IMG/VR virus record: IMGVR_UViG_3300028045_000007
Coordinates: 90,409 to 154,408 of that record
DNA from: a virus
Direction: 5' to 3' (one strand)
DNA: 64,000 nucleotides
This document shows positions 48,805 to 57,244 of the stretch, piece after piece (position 1 is the stretch's first letter; the number at the start of each line of letters is the position of its first letter). Under the pieces are notes generated by a model that saw nothing but the letters and a program-made list of their open reading frames with translations, had not been told where the DNA came from and did not search any database. The translations under genes and the position numbers were made by a program.

Positions 48805-49584
48805 TCAAGACAGTAGTTCATAGCCATCATCCAGGACTACGATACATCTTTCTGTGTGTGCGACAATATCACCATTGCGTTTACGGACGGTCCACCCGTC
48901 CTTATCTATCATTATGTCAGCGTTATCGTACGCTGTCACGGGTTCAATACAAATTGTTTCACCCGTCTTTAGCGTTTGTCTAGTATATCGCGTAACATCT
49001 AGGTGTTGTTTCAGTGCTGACTGTGTTCTATTTATAGCATTTGGAATAAAGGGATCGACATGAACTTGGTCCCCAATGTAATGACCTCCAAACTGATGGA
49101 TGAGCACGACGCCTTTTTCGTCAGCGGTACGCTCTGCCGCTTCAACCAATCGCATAAAGGTGCAGCCATCTCGCACGTAAGCCAGTTGAGCACTCATGAT
49201 AGCCTCAGTGGCGTCCACCAGATTTTGACTACGGTCACATTGAGGGGCACCCATAACCCGTGAGCGAGCAGAATCAGCAAACCAACCCTCATACTCGGTG
49301 CCTACGTCAATTGTAATGAGGTCTCCTGCCTGTATGATGTAATCGTCAGGAATACCATGCACTACAACGTCGTTAGGACTAATGCACGCTGCCGCTGGAA
49401 AAGGAGTAGCCATTCCTGGGGGCTGATAATTCTTAAACGCTGGCACACACCCGGCATTTAGGATGTATCTTTCAATGATGGCGTTCACTCTGGCCAAGGT
49501 AACTCCCGGTTTAGCTACACGGAAACCACACTCGATGGCTTGAGCGTTGACCTTCCCGGCATATCTCATCCTTTCAAGACTCAT
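48805..49584 (-). CDS. map: Methionine aminopeptidase type I
   Basis: CISPNDVVVHGIP, IDVG, ADSA, GHYIG, VH, IEP, AHTE: all metal ligands present. Confidence 0.92.
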   Translation of the reverse strand: MSLERMRYAGKVNAQAIECGFRVAKPGVTLARVNAIIERYILNAGCVPAFKNYQPPGMATPFPAAACISPNDVVVHGIPDDYIIQAGDLITIDVGTEYEGWFADSARSRVMGAPQCDRSQNLVDATEAIMSAQLAYVRDGCTFMRLVEAAERTADEKGVVLIHQFGGHYIGDQVHVDPFIPNAINRTQSALKQHLDVTRYTRQTLKTGETICIEPVTAYDNADIMIDKDGWTVRKRNGDIVAHTERCIVVLDDGYELLS

Positions 49585-50167
49585 CACGCACCCAGTTCTT
49601 GACTTGCTTCCAGTGAGGTAGGGTCGTCTTATATGCACGCTCCGGAGACCTTAGGTGGTAGCTTGGGTGATACGTTACGAGCACAAGGGATTCGTGCTCG
49701 CCAGTGCGATAGTGTAACCACCCATCTTTCACATTTTCAGGAAAGAACTGACTCATTGCACCTTTGATTGGGCGACCACTGAGTTGCTGCATGGCGACAC
49801 GTCCCAATATAATGATGAGCTTAGGACGAAGCAACTGCACCTGTAGGTCAAGTCTCCACTTGCAGGCATCTAGCTCATCTGGTTTCGGGTTTCGATTGTT
49901 GGGAGGGCGGCAAAGCACTGCGTTAGTGATAAAGATTTCATCTCTAGTGACACCTATATACTCTAAGATGCCATCGAGTTTCTTGCCAGCCTTTCCTACA
50001 AATGGCACACCCTTAGTATCTTCCTCTTCTCCTGGGGCCTCACCTATGATCAAAATACTGGGGGTCTGCGAGCCTTCACCGAATACTATTTGGTTGCGTT
50101 CGTGACAGAGGTCGCAAGACCCACAGTTTAACATTTGACTATGTAACGTATCGAATTGACTACTCAT
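49574..50167 (-). CDS. udg: Uracil-DNA glycosylase, family 4
   Basis: CxxCxL, IGEAPGEEED..GVPFVG.AG, NAVLCRPPNNR, YHPS. Confidence 0.93.
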   Translation of the reverse strand: MSSQFDTLHSQMLNCGSCDLCHERNQIVFGEGSQTPSILIIGEAPGEEEDTKGVPFVGKAGKKLDGILEYIGVTRDEIFITNAVLCRPPNNRNPKPDELDACKWRLDLQVQLLRPKLIIILGRVAMQQLSGRPIKGAMSQFFPENVKDGWLHYRTGEHESLVLVTYHPSYHLRSPERAYKTTLPHWKQVKNWVRDES

Positions 50168-50817
50168 GATAGATGACCTGTAAAGAAATCTCCATGCCAA
50201 TTTCCTTCTTGCTTCGTTTGTAGGGTAGCAACTCCGAAACTCAGGACATCTGCTATGTTATCGGCATAGGCTACGATCATGCCTTCAAATGTACAAATGT
50301 CCTTTGTGGGGTTACACATGTTTTCTAGCACTTGTTGATATGCAGTTGGCAATACGGTTTGAGTGTTGGCCACACAGGCATTTACCAGTTTATTGATGTA
50401 GTGGATACTGGCACGCCTTACTCCGATGGTTTTGTACGAGTCGCGTGGTCGGGGTTTGTCACCCTGGAAATTAGTGGTAGTATACCAGCCGACGTTTCTT
50501 AGGATACACCCCATAGTCACCAGGGAGGGCGAGAACGGCGTCTCCAGCTCTTGTGCCTGGATGCAGGTGGCCAAAGCACAACGGAGAGAACGGATCGTAT
50601 GGACTAGAAGACCGCCACGGTATGACATTGTGCCTTCTAGTCCATATGGTGCATCTCTTAGTGTGCGTAACAACGTAAGATGATTCATCGCACACCCCAT
50701 AACGTCCCTACATAGAGGATCGTCGAGGTTTAAGATAGCCTGCTCTATTTCTTCGGCATAACATATGAGCAGGTTGTCGGTTACGGCATCAGCGTTCAAA
50801 CTTTTTCCTTTTGCCAC
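50164..50817 (-). CDS. YhaM-like HD-domain protein, degenerate
   Basis: YRGGLLVHT matches the YhaM HD region; ILRNVG in place of LLHDIG; AYADN. Confidence 0.55.
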   Translation of the reverse strand: MAKGKSLNADAVTDNLLICYAEEIEQAILNLDDPLCRDVMGCAMNHLTLLRTLRDAPYGLEGTMSYRGGLLVHTIRSLRCALATCIQAQELETPFSPSLVTMGCILRNVGWYTTTNFQGDKPRPRDSYKTIGVRRASIHYINKLVNACVANTQTVLPTAYQQVLENMCNPTKDICTFEGMIVAYADNIADVLSFGVATLQTKQEGNWHGDFFTGHLS

Positions 50818-51001
50818 CCACGGTGCGATCTTCTCGTTCTTTGCACGACTGACAAAGAGATACCTTGCGTACGATGATGGCTAATTCGTCTGGCAATTCC
50901 TTTTCGTTGCCAGGATGCAACGACATACGTTCGGTGCCTCCGTAGTAGCTACCGTGGCATTTACGACACTCGATTAACTTCAGTGTCTTAGGCGTTTTCA
51001 T
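50789..51001 (-). CDS. Small Zn-finger hypothetical protein
   Basis: CRKC...CQSC. Confidence 0.6.
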   Translation of the reverse strand: MKTPKTLKLIECRKCHGSYYGGTERMSLHPGNEKELPDELAIIVRKVSLCQSCKEREDRTVGGKRKKFER

Positions 51002-51512
51002 GACTAAGCCTTATCTCTAGTAACGAAACGAGTTTATTGATACGTGCCGCAATATTTGCGTACGATACCCCGTCCTCTGACGCAATACGTCTTAGGGATT
51101 TTCCATTAATGAAATATTCCGTCAGTAAACGAACGTCTTTATGGTCGGAGGCTTTACGCAAGATTGTATCCAACACGTCTTGACCTTCTAGTTCTCTCCC
51201 GTCTTCACTACTGACACAAAAATCGGAGACATCTTCATTTATCATTGGCAATACATTATGTGTACGCTTCTTGATATATCGTAGCACGTGACCACGGATA
51301 TAGAAGTATGCCCACGTCGTGAATCGAGACTTGGTAGGGTCGTAAGTTTCACACGCAGATAGTAGACCAACCCATGCTTCCTGATGAAGATCGTCCATAT
51401 CAATAAGAACGTCTCTCTGACACAGAGCATAGAATGGTTTTAAGATGCTGTAAATGAAAGCGTCCCATTCGTTTTGTGGTAAAATATCGAGCGGACTATC
51501 TTGCATATCCAT
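50988..51512 (-). CDS. Second sigma-70-like factor
   Basis: DDLHQEAWVGLLSACETYDP..SRFTTWAYFYIRG region 2; SLRRIASEDGVS HTH. Confidence 0.85.
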   Translation of the reverse strand: MDMQDSPLDILPQNEWDAFIYSILKPFYALCQRDVLIDMDDLHQEAWVGLLSACETYDPTKSRFTTWAYFYIRGHVLRYIKKRTHNVLPMINEDVSDFCVSSEDGRELEGQDVLDTILRKASDHKDVRLLTEYFINGKSLRRIASEDGVSYANIAARINKLVSLLEIRLSHENA

Positions 51513-51882
51513 TGATTTGTGCGATTAGTAGTCGCATGTATATCCGTTTCTCTTCCGACGTTAATGCTGCCCAACGCTGGATAGTGACAGTGTTGCCGCC
51601 GTCAGGAATCTCTTCGTGGCCTGCATTGAGTTGTGTATGACGATACAGCGTCCGACCCTCTTGATCCTGCACGACTAGCGTAGTCACACGCATTTCGTTA
51701 TTGTCAGACACCGCCCAAAAGAACCTCAGGAAGTCTTTGAACTTAATGACAGACTTTTTAGCCTTGCCGTTCGCCAACATCATCAGGAATGTGACTTCAG
51801 TTTCATCCTCCAGACCCTTGCTTGTCACAAGTTCTTTTTGTACCAAAAGCAGTTTTTCCCAGTTGATATTCAAGGACATCAC
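51496..51882 (-). CDS. Hypothetical protein
   Basis: GGAGGTG RBS before GTG/ATG. Confidence 0.7.
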   Translation of the reverse strand: MMSLNINWEKLLLVQKELVTSKGLEDETEVTFLMMLANGKAKKSVIKFKDFLRFFWAVSDNNEMRVTTLVVQDQEGRTLYRHTQLNAGHEEIPDGGNTVTIQRWAALTSEEKRIYMRLLIAQINGYAR

Positions 51883-51906
51883 GATACACCTCCATTAGTG
51901 ATTACA

Positions 51907-53145
51907 CTAAGCTACGGTGCCGTCCTCGATGTATACACCCATACGGTCGTTGTCATTTCGCGACGCATATTCAATCCAAACTTGAAAATCTTTATCTTGA
52001 GCCATTTCTTCTACAATTTTCATGTTGCCATCATCTAATAGTGAGCCGTCAGCAATCCTAATTATACGTAGTTTTGGGTTAGCTGCCATAGCAATACCCA
52101 GGGAAATACGCAGTCTTTGGGCGGCAGAAGCTTGACAGAACGGCACAGGTAATCCTTCTTCGTTGAGTACCATAATACCCTCCGCCGTTACCATTAATCC
52201 CTTGACGGGCAGCGGTGATTTCTCTAGGGCTTCCGCTTTTTCTATATCAATAAGCTCCATGGAATTGTTGAGTTTTACAATTTGCTCTTCGATATTCCGT
52301 AGAGATTTGCGGATTTTACCGTAATCCTGTATCTCTCTCGCACGACGGTTATGGGTTTCGATGTTTTGCAGTTGTTCTTTCAGGAATTCGATATCCGGTA
52401 CGTCTGGTAGGTCTTCCAGCTCACTAATGACTAACGACCTCTGTTCTTTGGCGGCAGCTAGTTGCTGCTCAAGTGACAGTATCTTTTCCTTAAGGCGTGC
52501 GTCCGTTTCTGTCAGTTTTTTCGTGCGAGCATTTAGAGTTACGGCATCAGTAATCGATTGCGTGAGGTCCGTAACCGATAACTCTAGCGTTGGTTCAGCG
52601 TCAGTCGGGGGCTTGATGTTGGTCAGTAGAGTGGTGAGTCTCTTCTTTTCACGATTGGCATCTGCACGTTCATCGAATGCTTTCTTGTGACGTTGCTCGA
52701 AATCAGCAAGGTCTACTTTGCCTCCGGTGATAGTATATAGGACATCACCAAGCATGTCTCGCTGTTCTTTGACGGATTTTCGTGAGAAAACCCAGGGATC
52801 AAAGCTCATGTCACCGATCATGCCGTCCAGTAGCTTTTGTGGAGACGAGATCTTGCTGCCGTCTGGTGTTTTGATTTCAAGTGTCGTACCAGACGGAGTA
52901 AACTTACGGGTAACGAGATAGTCACCGAGATCAAGCTCGACCGTCCCCTTTTTCTCTCCATTACGGAGAGGGTCTGGATTGTTCCTGCTGGCAGCACGAT
53001 ACTGGAGGGCGAGCCAGATAGCATCTAACGTAGACGTTTTGCCTTGTTCGTTCTTGCCACTAATGACAATGACATCGCCAGTAGGAGTGATATCAACAGC
53101 TTTAATGCGTTTGACGTTTTCGGAACGTAGGTGGATAATTCTCAT
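51907..53145 (-). CDS. SMC/Rad50-like ABC ATPase with coiled coil
   Basis: ENVKRIK, GKNEQGKT Walker A, long coiled coil, ASAAQ signature, IADGSLLD. Confidence 0.88.
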   Translation of the reverse strand: MRIIHLRSENVKRIKAVDITPTGDVIVISGKNEQGKTSTLDAIWLALQYRAASRNNPDPLRNGEKKGTVELDLGDYLVTRKFTPSGTTLEIKTPDGSKISSPQKLLDGMIGDMSFDPWVFSRKSVKEQRDMLGDVLYTITGGKVDLADFEQRHKKAFDERADANREKKRLTTLLTNIKPPTDAEPTLELSVTDLTQSITDAVTLNARTKKLTETDARLKEKILSLEQQLAAAKEQRSLVISELEDLPDVPDIEFLKEQLQNIETHNRRAREIQDYGKIRKSLRNIEEQIVKLNNSMELIDIEKAEALEKSPLPVKGLMVTAEGIMVLNEEGLPVPFCQASAAQRLRISLGIAMAANPKLRIIRIADGSLLDDGNMKIVEEMAQDKDFQVWIEYASRNDNDRMGVYIEDGTVA

Positions 53146-53729
53146 CGCTTAAAAATAAAGGTTACTTCGTCAGATTTGATTACTTTGCCGCCAGCATCTA
53201 TCATTTGCTTCCACAAGATATGGTCGTGGTTGTCACATGGTAGCCACCCTTCCGTTTGATTGAATAGCTCTCGCGTATGAGCCATACCAACAGTTAGAGG
53301 GTCTTGCGTATTGATTGGTCCCATCTTGCGGACACGCTTACTTGATCGTGGATGTCTGTGGGCCATCTTGAATGATTGACCCGCAGTGCGAAGCATGCTT
53401 GCTTCAGGATTAGCGGCAGCCATTGCCGCTAGGGTTTCTAGGTGATGCGGAAGCCACTCGTCGTCATCGTCAATGTAGGCAGTCCATTTGGCACTCCCCT
53501 GAAAAATGCCAAAGTTACGTGCAGCCGCACCAAAGTCTTGACTGGGCTCTTTGACTTTAAGCCAGTAGATGTTAGGATTTGGGAACGCCTGAGATAACAT
53601 ACTTGGCACAACTGTGCCATCGACTACAATATATAGGCTCCAGTCTTCATGTGTTTGTTCACATACGCTATTGATAGCGGCAAACAACGACTCCCTTACT
53701 ATTGTTGGTAGTATTACGTCGAAGTGCAT
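53142..53729 (-). CDS. GT-A (GT2) glycosyltransferase, outside the main cluster
   Basis: VILPT, SVCEQT, AARNFGI, AYIDDDDEWLPHHL. Confidence 0.85.
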   Translation of the reverse strand: MHFDVILPTIVRESLFAAINSVCEQTHEDWSLYIVVDGTVVPSMLSQAFPNPNIYWLKVKEPSQDFGAAARNFGIFQGSAKWTAYIDDDDEWLPHHLETLAAMAAANPEASMLRTAGQSFKMAHRHPRSSKRVRKMGPINTQDPLTVGMAHTRELFNQTEGWLPCDNHDHILWKQMIDAGGKVIKSDEVTFIFKR

Positions 53730-54208
53730 AATGATCTCCAAACAAACATGTCAACTGGAATGCGATATGATTGCTTGCCGCCAAAGCCAGTCCAGGGTAT
53801 GATTTCACAGGATTTCATAATGTTTTTCAAGGCTTTTGGTTTCAGTATAGTGAACGTTGGTGCATCACTATCAGCACCATTGACCATCAAGATGGCAGCA
53901 TTCTTTTTGAGGTAAGACTTAACTTGATTGGCCTTTAAATGAAAGGTCTTTGTCAGGAGTGGCTTACTAAATTTGACCTCGATTTGACCGTAGCCATCAA
54001 CCCAAAAGTCAGGATCGGTAGAAACCTGAGAGTCCTCTAGATACTCTCCGTCGTTGCCACAGCCAACATCCCGAAAATTAGGACGCTTCCCGGTTTCGTG
54101 TTCGATTAGACTTATCCACAGTAGGAACAACGTACGTTCTCGTAACGTAGATTCCTTAATCTCCCTCTTGAACTGTTCCTTGGATCGATTGTCGAACCTA
54201 TAGTTCAT
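53714..54208 (-). CDS. PD-(D/E)XK endonuclease-like protein
   Basis: DPDF...IEVK motif. Confidence 0.6.
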   Translation of the reverse strand: MNYRFDNRSKEQFKREIKESTLRERTLFLLWISLIEHETGKRPNFRDVGCGNDGEYLEDSQVSTDPDFWVDGYGQIEVKFSKPLLTKTFHLKANQVKSYLKKNAAILMVNGADSDAPTFTILKPKALKNIMKSCEIIPWTGFGGKQSYRIPVDMFVWRSLCTST

Positions 54209-54384
54209 ACATTGACCCTGGCAAACGCCTCTTCGCGAGAGTATGCCTTTTTGCGACCAGCAATGATCCATTTCCATTGGAAGGCACCGTTGGCCTTAAG
54301 GGCGGGCACCGCTACCCAACCATTCTTTTTGAGTACTCGTCGTTCGTATTCGCGGCGTTGCTTATTAGAATCTCTATACTTCAT
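54205..54384 (-). CDS. Small basic hypothetical protein (59 aa, absent from the ORF track)
   Basis: MKYRDSNKQRREYERRVLKKNGW...AFARVNV*; ATGA overlaps at both ends. Confidence 0.65.
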   Translation of the reverse strand: MKYRDSNKQRREYERRVLKKNGWVAVPALKANGAFQWKWIIAGRKKAYSREEAFARVNV

Positions 54385-54980
54385 GCTCTCAGTCTTTCAA
54401 CCACATCGGGCTGGGTAATAACAGAACGGAATTTGTGCAGCAATTTGAACGAGCAGATTGCATCAAACAGAGCGGTGTGGAACTTATTCTTGCCATACTC
54501 TGACATATTCATCTTGAACCACTTGATAGCTTGTCCAAGCGTGGCTCCCGACGCGATATTTTCATGTCCAGTACACGCACGCACGACAGACATGCTATCG
54601 ATGGCACGATACGTGAAGTTGGCTTCGAACTCTGACACAGTAATGTCATAGATCTGACGTGACATAAAGCGACGGTCGAAGTGTTCGTTGTGGCCGCCAA
54701 TGATACTGGCACCATGATCGTGCCAGAGGTCCATGAACTCTTCGCCGATCTCCTCCGTCGTCAAACCCTTAGCGAAGGCTTGTTGCGGGGTAATACCATG
54801 AATCTCTATCGCCTTCGGCGTAAAGACATAATCGTCCACAGACGGTAGTTTATGTAGGGCCTCAAACTGTTCGATGATTTCTCCAGTATCAAGGTCGCCA
54901 ACCAGGGCACCTACCGAGAATATCGAGTGCTTCTCAGCGTCGAGACCCCCGGTTTCAGTGTCATACACTAGCACTTTCAT
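54381..54980 (-). CDS. dnaQ: DEDDh 3'-5' exonuclease (DnaQ/epsilon-like)
   Basis: YDTETGG, HGIT, GHNEHFD, HTALFD. Confidence 0.85.
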   Translation of the reverse strand: MKVLVYDTETGGLDAEKHSIFSVGALVGDLDTGEIIEQFEALHKLPSVDDYVFTPKAIEIHGITPQQAFAKGLTTEEIGEEFMDLWHDHGASIIGGHNEHFDRRFMSRQIYDITVSEFEANFTYRAIDSMSVVRACTGHENIASGATLGQAIKWFKMNMSEYGKNKFHTALFDAICSFKLLHKFRSVITQPDVVERLRA

Positions 54981-55398
54981 TAGCGATCACCTTATTGGCA
55001 AGAATCATAACGGTATCGAATAGCGTGTCGGCAGACGGACGGTGATGCACTTCGACGCCACCAAATCCACCAAGAGCCGTCAGTACGTTGTCGGACTCGT
55101 CCGGAGTAGGCTTAAACAACTCACGGAACTCGCCCATGAACTTATGTGCGGGCATCGTTGTATCGAAAGTAATGCCCGAAGCACAGGTTCCGGCCTCGAT
55201 CATCTTGGTGATGCGTCCAGCAATACGCAGACGAGCACCCTTACGTGAGAACGAGTCGCGACGATCAGCGTGGAAAAGTCCCTTGCGACTCGTACCATCA
55301 TTGACCAGGGCCACAGCCACATAGAGTTTTGTACCGTCAGAGTATGCTCCGACACTAACGCCAGCGTTGGGGCGATGAGAGAAGATTACGTTATTCAT
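54961..55398 (-). CDS. Hypothetical protein
   Basis: Coupled ORF; DSFSRKGAR..I..R pattern. Confidence 0.7.
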   Translation of the reverse strand: MNNVIFSHRPNAGVSVGAYSDGTKLYVAVALVNDGTSRKGLFHADRRDSFSRKGARLRIAGRITKMIEAGTCASGITFDTTMPAHKFMGEFRELFKPTPDESDNVLTALGGFGGVEVHHRPSADTLFDTVMILANKVIANESASV

Positions 55399-55576
55399 TG
55401 GTTGGTTCCTTGGGTGGTTGGACTTGGCTGAGTGAGGCGAGACGCATATATGTCTGGAGCGACATACCTACAGGCAACTGTGCCGTAGACATCATTAGGG
55501 CACCCATAAGAAGGCGTGCCTCATCGCCCGTCAGGTGAATATTGGGTGTAGGTTCGGGCCGTTGTTCGGGTTCCAT
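55391..55576 (-). CDS. Hypothetical protein
   Basis: Coupled small ORF. Confidence 0.6.
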   Translation of the reverse strand: MEPEQRPEPTPNIHLTGDEARLLMGALMMSTAQLPVGMSLQTYMRLASLSQVQPPKEPTNE

Positions 55577-56355
55577 TAGACTAACTGTAGTTTTTCAAGT
55601 GTTTGTCGGACGAATGCACGTAGGTCTTCCAGCGTGCCGTTGTTTTGATAGAGTATATCGAACGTTTCGTTGTCGAGGGCGGTTTCACTGAGGTGTTCGT
55701 CTACGTAGCCGGTATCACGTTCCAACCTAATAATAACACCGCCATTCTCTTCTGTCACCATCTTTTCGTTGGGAAATCGACAATCCGTTAGGAGCACTAC
55801 GTCATAACCGCCCCAGTCACGGTTGAACGGTGACTCAGCCCAAACGTCATTATAGATAGAGCGAAACACGTCCGTGCCCATGACCTGTAGTACTTCGCGA
55901 GTAGACATGGGACCAACACGAGGTACCGGCTCTCTTTCTTGCTTGACACACGGCTCGTCAATCATGTGTCGTCTTGGGTCCAAGCTATCACGACGTGCCG
56001 GTATCCAGGCGACAGCATACTTCTTCCTGATTTCAGATGAGAAACCATCCCACTTGATGTGACACGGTGCGTCTTTGGTGGCGTTGTCTCCGTATACCGC
56101 TAGACGCTTCAGTCCCAAGACCCTAATACACATTTCCTTTAGGGACTCGGCAAAGGCCGTGAAGATGACATCCTTGCCCGCCTCATTCAACATAATGGCT
56201 GCCATGTCAGCAGCAGTATCCTTACCGCACTGCTTTTTGCCTGAAAAAGCTATGAAAACAGTATGGGGGGTCCGTTTGGAGCCTTCTGCACTCACCAAGT
56301 TGGCACAACCTTGTTCTTCGGCGTCGAGCATTCTCTGTTTCAAGTAATCGTTCAT
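55576..56355 (-). CDS. Deoxynucleoside monophosphate kinase
   Basis: SGKKQCGKDT, FAESLK, REVLQVMGTD, TDCRFPNE, HLSE. Confidence 0.9.
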   Translation of the reverse strand: MNDYLKQRMLDAEEQGCANLVSAEGSKRTPHTVFIAFSGKKQCGKDTAADMAAIMLNEAGKDVIFTAFAESLKEMCIRVLGLKRLAVYGDNATKDAPCHIKWDGFSSEIRKKYAVAWIPARRDSLDPRRHMIDEPCVKQEREPVPRVGPMSTREVLQVMGTDVFRSIYNDVWAESPFNRDWGGYDVVLLTDCRFPNEKMVTEENGGVIIRLERDTGYVDEHLSETALDNETFDILYQNNGTLEDLRAFVRQTLEKLQLV

Positions 56356-56402
56356 AGGTGTTACTCTAAAAGGTCTGGCAGTGTAGGTATACCCCTTAGG
56401 GC

Positions 56403-56888
56403 CTAATAATCACCCAGGATGGCCTTGATCACTTCCACTCCCTCACGAATGGTAGAAACCCTGAATCCTGTGCATTCGTTAATCATTGCGTGATCGTGCT
56501 GATTGCCATTCTTCTCCATCACAATCACAGATGGAATACGCATCGCGTCGGCCCAGGCGATCTCCATACAGGTACCAATCGAAACCCTCTCGGTACCTAA
56601 TAGATTTACGAAAAGCACACTGGTATTCATGCAATCAAAACGATCTCGTGTAGTAATTCCATGAGGTGTACTCATGTTGCCGAACACTTCTTGATCGAAC
56701 TCGTCGCTCTCATAGCTGTCAGCGATTGGGCCAGAGCATTCTCTCAGGTATACTTTAGCTCTCAGTGGACTAACCGCTCGGATGCCACTACGCAAGAGTT
56801 GCTTCTGTACTTCGTCACGCCAGTCTGTGGCTTCGTCGTACGTGCAGCCACTAATGGGGCCAGCGAGATATACTGTCTTGTTTACCAT
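56403..56888 (-). CDS. Nucleoside 2-deoxyribosyltransferase-like protein
   Basis: VYLAGPI, WR, SPLR, RD..D, SIGTCMEIAWA. Confidence 0.8.
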   Translation of the reverse strand: MVNKTVYLAGPISGCTYDEATDWRDEVQKQLLRSGIRAVSPLRAKVYLRECSGPIADSYESDEFDQEVFGNMSTPHGITTRDRFDCMNTSVLFVNLLGTERVSIGTCMEIAWADAMRIPSVIVMEKNGNQHDHAMINECTGFRVSTIREGVEVIKAILGDY

Positions 56889-57244
56889 GTTATTTGTTTT
56901 TCGAGATCTTCGATCCAATTGAAAGCTTCTATTTCAGATGCAGGATAGAACGAAAGCATACGATCCGCTTTACTATATCTTTCTTCTACGTCGAGCCCCT
57001 TGCTCTTTAGTCGTTCGATCTGTTCTGGAAACAGAGGGATTTCTGAAAATTGTTTGAGTATTGCGTACACTGGTTCGTTACGCCAGTACGGATAGTGCTT
57101 GTCCCAACAGTCCATCGCAACTTGTGATGGTATAATGAATGGCTGATAGAACCGTCCATACATAATGGCTACCACCGTGCCAAGCGTGGCTGGACTAGTA
57201 ATGCCTTCAGTTCTAATCTTAGTGCCTAGTTGCAGCATCATCAT
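56882..57244 (-). CDS. Hypothetical protein
   Basis: ATGA-coupled to the RNA ligase. Confidence 0.6.
   Translation of the reverse strand: MMMLQLGTKIRTEGITSPATLGTVVAIMYGRFYQPFIIPSQVAMDCWDKHYPYWRNEPVYAILKQFSEIPLFPEQIERLKSKGLDVEERYSKADRMLSFYPASEIEAFNWIEDLEKQITW

Noticed and set aside
31933-50167. Uracil-substituted genome
   Set aside because: dUTPase, ThyX and an intact family-4 UDG all point to thymine-containing DNA
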